Shown here: piece by piece, positions 53,598 through 64,000 of the stretch
How the letters are laid out: each line of letters opens with the position of its first letter
Position numbering within the stretch: position 1 is the stretch's first letter
Source of the DNA: Octopus vulgaris
Lineage: Eukaryota
Length of the DNA stretch: 64,000 bases
Assembly (NCBI GenBank): GCA_951406725.2
Contig: OX597831.1
Location: 63,798,001-63,862,000 of the forward strand
Reading direction: 5' to 3'
Program-made: the position numbers and the translations under genes
The notes under the pieces: model-generated
What the model was told of the DNA's origin: nothing
The model's input: only the letters and a program-made list of their open reading frames with translations
Database searches by the model: none

Positions 53598-55770
53598 AAA
53601 GTTAAGAAGTGGGTGCATAGTAGCAGACGAGTTCGTGATGACAGTATCATGCAAGTATGAACAGGTAGGTTTGAATTGGATGCTGTGAATGCTTCGCTGG
53701 TTCACTGATTATTGATTTTCCAACCTGAAAAATCATTCTTTGTTACCTGAGAAGTTTAAGAAATTTGATATGGTGTTGGAGAAAACAACAAAGAGTAAAG
53801 ATAACGATGGGAATTGCAAGGAGAATTAAGGTGGCGTGCAATAGATTTTTAAGGGCTTAGTCAGAGGAGGAAAGAAAGCGCTCATGATCCTTTTCAGATC
53901 TCTTTGACTGGAAGGAGGAATGTAATAATTTATCTTCACAGGAAAGACTTGACCTTGATACTCGTAATAGAGTTTACTCTGCTAAAGGCATCTAAATAAC
54001 GCTTACTACCCAATAACAGAAGCGATCGTGCCAAATTACCCTTCAAAGAAAGCTTTGCTCCCCACAAGACTCCAGTGGAATCGAACTCGAAACCGCATAA
54101 TTGCGAAACAAACTTCTTAAACTCACAGTCTTACTTGCGAACGCATAGCTCTATATTATCAAACCATCATTAGTTCTCTGTGCAATTTTAGAAATATGCT
54201 GTATTTAACAGCTTCTATGTTAATTGCATTATAATTACGATGCGTCAAGATAGTATAAAAATACTTTTGGCGTCGACAACCTGTGAATGAATTTGAAAAT
54301 CTTTACTCATTTCAGATTGAGTCGATTGACAGTTTTATAGCAAATAATACCTGATATATTATCATGCTAAATTACTTGGAACAATACTAATTAAATTTGA
54401 TAAGAAACTGTTATCGACATGGTTTCTTATGAATGATTGGAAGCATCTTCCCTTAATGTAGTAGGCACCAGATAGCTTCTTATTAAATAAAGAGATAACT
54501 GAAGGAATGTGTAAATATTTGAGATAAGACGTTATTTGCTTTTGTTTTTTAAATCTGGTTGTTAGCTCTTTCCAGCACATTGTCATGCAATATAATTTCA
54601 GCGTGTGAAATGTTTGCATGTGGATCTTTGTAAGTGTATTTTTAAATAATGAGATATAATTTTAAAGTATTAAGAATATATTATATTTCGTGAGAAAATT
54701 GATTATATAATTAGCTGCAAATCAAGGAAAATATTAAACTAGACTGGGAAGAGCCAACATTATATATCTAAAGATAGGCTGAGTTTAGTTCTGAAGGAAA
54801 TAGTTTTATCTATTTGGCATGGATTATGCGTGTGTCTATGTTCTCTTCTTAAGATTTAATTACTGATTGAAGTTGAAACTGGTCAGTAGTACTGACTAGG
54901 CATTGTTGGTTGAGCAAAGATGCGATGATACATTTGTATGTATTTGTGATCAGGTGCATGCGTACTCATATAAGACAGTAACTCTCTCTTTGGGTTACAC
55001 ATCGTATCTAAGTATTAACAGTGTCCATTCTGAAGACTTTTCCTCAACCCATAGCATTTTATTTTCTTCCTTTTTGAATATATTCCAATCTGTCAAATAT
55101 TACTTCATCGATAGGATGAAGCACACAGGAACAGTCTAGACTTAGTTAAACTTGTCATAATTCTTCCATATTAGATAAATCTTGACGTATCACAGTTAAT
55201 GCAGAAATTCCCGTAGTTGTTTATACTTTTTGTTTTACTGTTTGTTATAGATTTCTGCAAGTGTCCCAGAATCTCAAAGTTTGGTTTTATCGTTGATAGT
55301 TCAAAACGCGTTTAGCAAATGAACTACTTGAAGAAAAATAGTTTTAAAAACAGTTTTGACTGGGACCTGGTGATATATTCTCATATCACTTAACGTTTCT
55401 TACAATTTACCCACCGATCCGATATCATCATTATTTGCAGGTTATTTGTAGCATTCGTCTTCGAGAAGAGAGTTTATTAAGACATACAAATCAATAGATG
55501 TTTAATATGCATTCAATCGTGTTACTTTGACGACCATATATTCAAAACAAAACAAAAACACTCAATGAACATGTCAAAGTGCTTTTCGATACCATAAATA
55601 TAACTAAAGTTCAGCTTTTGTTTATCAACAGAGTAAAGCATGACTGGATTTTCTTCTCTGTCAGTCATTACCAAAAACAAGTGAGACGAAAGGCTGCCAC
55701 TTTGAAATATTCGGAAATATTCTCATTGATAACCTTGATATTTATTATGACTACTGTAACTACTTTAGTT

Positions 55771-56298
55771 GGATCTTTTCGGTTTGAACGGCAGTTTTTA
55801 ACATAATTTCCAGGTAACTAAAAATTTTTAAACTTCGTATACTGGTAGAATGTGTTTATAAAACATCTTTTCCTCTTGGCTTTATTGAGAAAATTCTATT
55901 GTTTGTAAGATATTTGTTGTTTTTTTCTTCAATTTCTGCAATTTCAACCAATCACTGACGTATTTTAGGTAAAAAACATTCTGTGCCGTATGAATATGTC
56001 CCTCGTTTAAGAAACAGATTGGGTTTATTTACATTTCTGAAGAAAAAAAGATACCCTTCCCCCCTTCCCTAACCCTAACCCTAAAATAGATTGAAATACA
56101 ATAGATCGATACTAGGGTCATAATTATGGGTGACAAATTCATATGACACCGCTAGAAAAAACTGCCTTTCAGTTTCCGTCTACCAAATCCACTCACAAGG
56201 CTTTGGTCGGCCCGAGACTATAGTAGAAGACACTTGCCCAAGGTGCCACCATGTGGTTCGTAAGCAAGCTACCTACCACATAGCCACTCCTACGCCTA
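55771..56298 (-). mobile_element. TTAGGG-containing MITE (copy 4, 55771-56166) fused to a family B SINE head fragment
   Basis: Complete TIR at 55771; (CCCTAA)n at ~56067-56084; the second TIR is cut at aaaactgcc and joined to tttcagtttccgtctaccaaatcc. Confidence 0.85.
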
Positions 56299-57152
56299 TG
56301 AGTAATTTATTTTATTTTTCCTGTTTTATTTAGTGAATTGATTGCCAAGAGCCTTTATTTTCAGCTATTTCGTATATACCCGAATACGTAGCTATTACCC
56401 CGGAATTACTCTTTGGGGTCATATCTTAATTTTTGATCACCATATACGCCAACCGCAATTTTAGCTATCTTAATCAAAAGATATTTGCCGCTTTTTTTTT
56501 TTATTAGTAACAAAATTCAATGGAAATTAGTTACTAATTAATTTTGTAGCGTAGCTATCTATACTCGAGAATTATTTCTATTTTATGAACGCTGATTTTG
56601 CGGTTAGAATAGTTCGATTTGCTTTCAATGTAACTCTTGACCTTTGCTTATTGATCCATCACCAGGGATATTAAATATCAATTCATATGACATTCCGCCA
56701 TAGAAGCAATCACCAAATTGAACTGTAAGTTCGTGCTTAACTTAGCTCTTATATTCTCATTGTTCAAAAATATATTATTAAACTATGCTGCCATTCTTGA
56801 AATGATACTCGACCTAGAGTTTTTATTGAATAGCAAATCTGTCTTTTGCAGTCTCTGTATGAAGACTTGTTCATTGATAAATGGAAATAAACAATAAATG
56901 ATAGACTGTAATGGACAGGTGGCTACCACAAAATTTCATTATAATATATTTAAATACATGCATACATACATATAAACGTATGTATATAATATCTATATAT
57001 ATATATACGCACACAGACACACACACTTTAAAACACTGTCTCGATCTTCGTTCTGATCCTCAACCTGACACATCTACCTCCTCCATACATACATGAATAT
57101 ATGTGTGTCTGTGGATTGTGTGCACATATATATACATAGGTATATATATATA

Positions 57153-57217
<65 letters not shown>

Positions 57218-57240
57218 TTGTATATATATATATATATACC

Positions 57241-57752
<512 letters not shown>

Positions 57753-58122
57753 CGCTCTGTCGGTTACAGCGACGTGAATTCCAGTTTATCCAATCATCAG
57801 AACAGCCTGCTCGTGCAAGTGGCTGAGCATTCCACGTAGCTCTTGGGGAGATTCAACGTGACACAGTTTGACAAGGCTGGCCCTTTGAAATACAATGACA
57901 TACAAGTAGTTTCAAAGTATCTCACCTCCAAAGATTTGGCTGCTATTTCTATCAAGTTTTGCTCCCACATAACAGCTATTTGCGATGAAGGACCCAAAAT
58001 ACCTGTTATGTAGGTGCAGGGCGTGCAAGAAATAACAGCCAAATCTGACCTTTTCTGGAGTAAGGAGCCGTTTACGCGTGATTTCGATGTCACCTCCGTT
58101 ACAAAGAAACCCAGACCTTCTA

Positions 58123-58174
<52 letters not shown>

Positions 58175-58176
<2 letters not shown>

Positions 58177-58506
58177 TGGCACTCCGCCTGTTACGACGAC
58201 GAGGGTTCCAGTTAATCGGATCAACGGAACAGCCTGTTCGTGAAATTAACGTACAAGTGGCTGAGCACTCAACAGACACGTATACCCTTAACGTAGTTCT
58301 CGGGGAGATTCAGCGTGACACAGTGTGACAAGGCTGATCCTTTGAAATACAGGTACAACAGAAACAGGAAGAAATATTAAGAGAAAGTTGTGGTGAAAGA
58401 GTACAGCAGGGTTCGCCGGAGCCTCGTGGAGCTTTAAGTGTTTTCGCACGATCTGGGAATTGAAACCGCGATCCTATGACCACGAGTCCGCTGCCCTAAC
58501 CACTGG
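58175..58506 (-). mobile_element. SINE family C (tail type 3)
   Basis: Homologue of 24450-24795. Confidence 0.82.
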
Positions 58507-58509
58507 TTA

Positions 58510-58726
58510 TATGATGCAGAATTGACAGCTTGGCTGGATCAATTTTTCGAGTCGAAATCGAGTGATTTTTGCCAACGAGGTATTGAAAATCTTGTTGAAC
58601 GTTGAGAATCAGTTGTATACAACAGGGGTGAATACATTATTGATTAATTAGTTGTTATCTTTTTAGTAACCCTTTTAAAAAATTAAAATTTTAAAAAACG
58701 GCGGGAACTTAGTCGCCAATCCAATA
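58510..58726 (+). mobile_element. Mariner 3' fragment with TIR
   Basis: DAELTAWLDQFFESKSSDFCQRGIENLVER*ESVVYNRGEYIID*, followed by TIR ...gaacttagtcgccaatccaata|ta. Confidence 0.85.
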
Positions 58727-58762
58727 TATACATATATATATGAAAGTATGTACATATTTGTT

Positions 58763-58931
58763 GATAGATCGTTAGCCACTACACACATTTTTTTCTCTCT
58801 CCTTGATTCTCTCCTTGCTTTTTCTGTGTGCCTTTCTGTAGAAGAGCGTAGGCTCGAAACGTAAAAGACTTTTTTTCTATTCCTGAGCGTAATACTAATA
58901 CATCTGTTTGTTTATTTTCGTAAACTTTCCC
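58763..58931 (+). mobile_element. Short (TA)n-anchored element with variant hammerhead (copy 4; motif 58832-58867)
   Basis: CTTT-CTGTAGA-A-GAGC-GTAG-GCTC-GAAA-CG-TA-AAAG; followed by a long (TA)n. Confidence 0.8.
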
Positions 58932-58934
58932 TTT

Positions 58935-59120
<186 letters not shown>

Positions 59121-59479
59121 TTCATATATATATTATTTATATTATTATATGATTGAACGCCACGCATCCATTTCCAAGTAAGTTTATCTGATATGTATGT
59201 GTGTATAAAATGGCTGAATTAGATTCGTTCTTTAATTTGGAGGTTCCCCCACCCCCCAAAAAAAATAGAGATTTCTAATATGGATCCTTCATATTTTGCT
59301 GGTAGCTTACTGGCGTAAAATTGCGAATATGAAAATAATACTTCTATATGGTGTGTTGTGAATTTATGGAAAAAAAATCCCTTAAAACTCAACAATTTTG
59401 ATAAAAATGGACAAGAGGTGTTAAAATATATAAGAGAATTTTAATTCATGCAGACGATCGATATTTGTTATATCATATG

Positions 59480-60055
59480 TAGTGTTATTTCAACCTATTC
59501 CAAGTGGACAGAGCATCAAATAACTTGAGATCGCCACCTAGGCACAGTCTTAAGTCCTTGTGTTTGGTCGATAGTAGAGTGCCTGAAATTTCATAGCATT
59601 GAACTGCATGTTATTTTTCTTAGCCCATTTGTATATATATCATTCAGGTCTTTCTGCAGTTTAATGATGTCCTCTGGGTTCCTAACTGCCTGCGATACTT
59701 TTGTGTCATCAGCATAACTAGTCAGTTTGGCTGACTGTACCGCGGAAAGCATGTCTGAGAGAGCTACCCCAAATAGAAGTGACTCCCTGTGGGACTTCGC
59801 TGAGAAATGGTGACGCTTGAGAGTGAGCACCATACGCTACAACTGTCTGACTTCTGCCCTTCAGAATGTCATGCAGCCACTTACCCAATTTCCCAAAGAA
59901 ATACCTAGGTTTCGCAGCTTGTGACATATCATACCATGATCAACCTTGTCGAAGGCCTTGGCAAAGTCTACAGCCGACAAGCCTTTATTCCAGTATCCAG
60001 TCAAAGGGCTGCGGCAGCTGTGTAAGGCAACTCCTCCCTGGACGGAAGCCACGTT
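59480..60055 (-). pseudogene. Non-LTR (CR1/L2-like) reverse transcriptase fragment
   Basis: GFRPGRSCLTQL, DFAKAFDKVDH, KWLHDILKGRSQTV, VPQG and YADDTKV across shifted frames. Confidence 0.9.
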
Positions 60056-60155
60056 GTGTGTATGATGAGTCGAAACGATTAGAGTGGTTTTGAATAATCT
60101 TTGAATTCCATTTACTCTCTCCCATGTTTTATATCTGTTTCTCTCTCTGTCTCTC

Positions 60156-60432
<277 letters not shown>

Positions 60433-62266
60433 TGTATGTATGTATGTATGTATGTATGTATGTATGTATGTATGTATGTATGTATGTATGTATGTATGTA
60501 TGTATGTATGTATGTATGAATGTATGTATATGATTTGTGTGAAGTTATACGAGTATGCTGGAAAAACGGTAAGATGAACAAAGGATTATTTTGGTAGTAT
60601 CTGCAAAGATGATCATTAAAACCATGTTACTGATATCATATGAAGAACGCTTATGTGGCTTCTGTTGTCAAAGTGAGATTACACAATTGAATAATTTCGA
60701 AATATTTCACAACTGTCTCTACTTTCAAACACTAGTACTGATCGGTATTTCATGCTGCTGATAGTATTTGATTCCGTTATAGCTTTTCCATGTTAGCAGC
60801 AGAGAAGCTGTTGTAAAATCATATTAGCCGTATGGAATGCCGAAGCGAAATGCTTCGGCTGCTTTCTAATCTATAACTAACCGCCTTCGTTGAATTTACT
60901 CAATTGTTACTGGAGAGTGTAAACTGATCACCAATGTAGTCCACATTTCGATCAATGAAACTGACGTCTTAGATAATGTTCATTTTTAAAAATGATGTAA
61001 ATAGCATTTTGCAGCGTGCTACAAATAGGGGTACAGTCTACGTCTCGGAAACTGAAATATCAATTAGGTTACAATTATCAAATAATGTGCACGAACCCAG
61101 GCTGCTGAGAGTTAAAAGTCGACAGCCATTGATATACAGCGAAGCATGAATAGCGCTGTAATATCAATTCATTGATCTGAATACTTTGAATGGAAAAAAA
61201 TTTCAATGCTTACAGGAACCCTACCCATTTTCATGCGCCAAAAGAGATGGTTATATTCATACACTGTCACAGACCAAGTGAAGGAATGATCTTTTTTTTT
61301 TTTTAGAAATAGAGAAATGTATGGCTAGTATGCTATAAAAGAAGAAATATATCAATATAAGAATAACAAAGTAGATACCTATGTGGTCTATACCTTTTCC
61401 GCTTGGATAAGCAAAACCTTATCCTGTATTTTTTCCGCCACTGATTCTGCTAAGGTAATAGATGGAATACATTCAAACACTGCTGATCATTTGTGTTCAG
61501 CTTGCGAGAAAAGCACGTGACTAAAATAAAGGGACGTTCCGTTTCTAATGGTTCCGGTTACTTTAGCTTGTGGAAATTCCTCAACAACAGAATATTGTAA
61601 AGATTTTCTAAACCAAGTAAGCCAATTGTCCGTGATAAATCAAATTTGTTTCAATTTATTCTGAGCGTTTACCTGATCTGCATCGAAAGTACACCGACCT
61701 TCGTCGTTGCATTGCAGCTCACATCCTGTCTAATGTCATAGCCTCTCGGGGTTAAATAATGACATGTGAATGAGAATTATTTGTGCACCTTGATTTTTAA
61801 CAAAATTATTACATCCACATCCAGAAAGACCAAACATTCAGTCAGCCATGCATCAGCACATTTAATTCTGCACCATACTGGGTACTTGAGAATTAAGATG
61901 GAAATTATCTTTACAATTAAGATTTTCTAAAAAAACTACCTATATTAAGGTCTGAAAGACTTTCTTTCAGATGTGCTAAAAAAAAATTCACAGAACTACA
62001 AAATTTTCTGTTAAAGGAAGTTCTTGATTATCTTAATTAGGCTTACGAGGTGTTTTTGTTTTTTTAGTTCTGCTTTTTTAATATTCCACTGTTTTGAAAT
62101 TTATCCCACAAATACTGGGATGTGAAGACTACGCAGCATTGTTATATTTCTTCTGATAAAAAAAGACAAAATCACCGTATACCAGGTCGAGAATAAAGTG
62201 ACCATTAATTAATGATACGTTATGGTCAAGAAAAGCAAGGGAGACAAATTTAGAATTAAAATTGTT

Positions 62267-62696
62267 GGATCTTTTCGGTTTGAACGGTAGTTTTTTCTAG
62301 CGGTGTCATATGAAATTGTCACCCATAATTATGACCCTAGTATCGATCTATTGCATTTCAATCTGTTTTAGGGTTAGGGTTAATTAGGGTTAGGGATGGG
62401 GGGAAGGGTATCTTTTTTTCTTCACAAATGTAAATAAACCCAATCGGTTTCTTAAACGAGGGACATATTCATATGGCACAGAATGTTTTTTTTACCTCAA
62501 TGGACGTCATTGATTGGTTGAAGTTGCAGAAATTGAAGAAAAAAAACAACGATTATCTTACAAACTATAGAATTTTCTCAATAAAGCCAAGAGAAAAAGA
62601 TGTTTTATTAACACATTCTACCAGTATACGAAGTTAAAATTTTTTTTAGTTACCTAGAAATTATGTTAAAAACTACCGTTCAAACCGAAAAGATCC
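62267..62696 (+). mobile_element. TTAGGG-containing MITE (copy 5, intact)
   Basis: Perfect 29-bp TIR GGATCTTTTCGGTTTGAACGGTAGTTTTT; 8-bp TSD aaattgtt at 62259-62266 and 62697-62704. Confidence 0.93.
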
Positions 62697-64000
62697 AAAT
62701 TGTTTTTTAAAATGATTGGGAAAAACAATAGGGAGTAAAATCAATTTTTGGCAAGTACAGTGGCAAGTTATGGCATGTTTCAGTATTATCAGTTCTTCTT
62801 AGGATAATTACCAGATATGTATTGATAGGAGTCCTATTTCGTAACCTCACTTACTTTCCCCTCGTGCAATTACTACCCTCACCCCGTGCAATTTTTTTTA
62901 TTCATTCTGATTAATTCAAATTCTGAAAGCTTTAAACCCTTGCCTCATGAGCAGAATTAATCATTATGCTCATTTTCTGCCCACCCCACTGCGGATGTAA
63001 TTTTAATTAAGACTTTTTTTTAGCTCACCCTGTTAAGTATGTTAGCACCCACTTAACTAAATAGATAACAGCCTAGTCATGGCTGGCCAACCTGATCACA
63101 CCAATATCTATGACAAATTCAGTAACCTTTAAAACAACCCGTCTAGCGAAAGCATCAATTAGGAGAGTTGTTATATTTCCAGTGGACATGTTAAATATTT
63201 CGTCTTACTGGTTACTGTGACACTTATTCGTTTCATTTGTTTGCTTGTTTGTTTGTTTGTTTGTTTTCACTATTCTTCCCTCTTTTCTAGTTTAATGGGT
63301 TTTTTTTTTCTTTTCTATTGAACCAAATTACTTCACTGAATAGAACATTTTGTTTGTAATTATTTTGCAATTAGTTTCGCATCTTTACTTAGTAAATAAG
63401 AAAAGCTGTCTATTTTTTTTTTCTCACTAAAAGTATTGCAGAGAAACAATTGTATATATGTCTTTCTGCCCATTTTCTCAATACATCTGCTAAAAAAAAA
63501 ATACCTAGCTAGGGCATAGCTTTGCAATAATGAATCAATCACTTTCAGCATGCATAATAGAGAATAAACATTATAACTGAAAAATCTAACGCGAACACAA
63601 TTTCACAGATTGCTTTGTCACCTGCTACTACTGTAATAATAATGTCGTTACTTAATATGCGTGTTTTAAGATAATTGTCTCTTGCAGAAAGGTCAGTATT
63701 GCAACCCGTTTAGATTCTCATAAACTGTTAATGATATTCCTATATCAATCGCAAGACTCCAAGCATGAACTCTGCTTTGTTAACTCTGGTTTCTGCAACG
63801 TTAGGTAAATGAGCGATAATTCCAAACCAGGCTAGAACGCTGGTTTATTACAGATAGTAGTTAAGTTAGTGTCAATATAGTTAATGCAGGGGTCATTAAA
63901 AATCTAATCAGGAATAATTGTCCGATGATGTTATTAGTGAATAATCGGTGTTATCTTAACTTTTCCAACACGTATAGAGGACAACGCTGAGTGTGTTTTG

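Noticed and set aside
60062-60085. ATGATGAGTCGAAACGAT hammerhead-like string
   Set aside because: It lacks C3, stem II and stem I pairing, and sits at the edge of a LINE RT relic.

Overview
AT-rich animal genomic DNA dense in microsatellites and SINEs. The repeat families look like those of an octopod cephalopod (recognised by eye, not searched). Positions 1 to ~16 kb hold the last three coding exons (3650-3822, 9920-10052, 11428-11516, + strand) and probable long 3' UTR of a GPI-anchored immunoglobulin-superfamily gene. The rest appears intergenic and is full of mobile DNA: a complete degenerate piggyBac, Tc1/mariner relics, an old two-LTR Ty3/Gypsy element with nested insertions, a CR1/L2-type RT fragment, four tRNA-derived SINE families, five copies of a TTAGGG-containing MITE, and a young-looking Penelope-like (Naiad-type) retroelement with intact RT and GIY-YIG domains. 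The most unusual layer is RNA structure. The Penelope terminal repeats each fold into a type I hammerhead ribozyme. A separate ~170-190 bp (TA)n-anchored non-coding element (5 copies) carries a minimal hammerhead with a non-canonical CUGUAGA core overlapping a 3' splice-acceptor-like signal. A third, more divergent hammerhead-like motif lies inside the Gypsy 3' LTR. Repeat boundaries are approximate unless a TSD or TIR is quoted.
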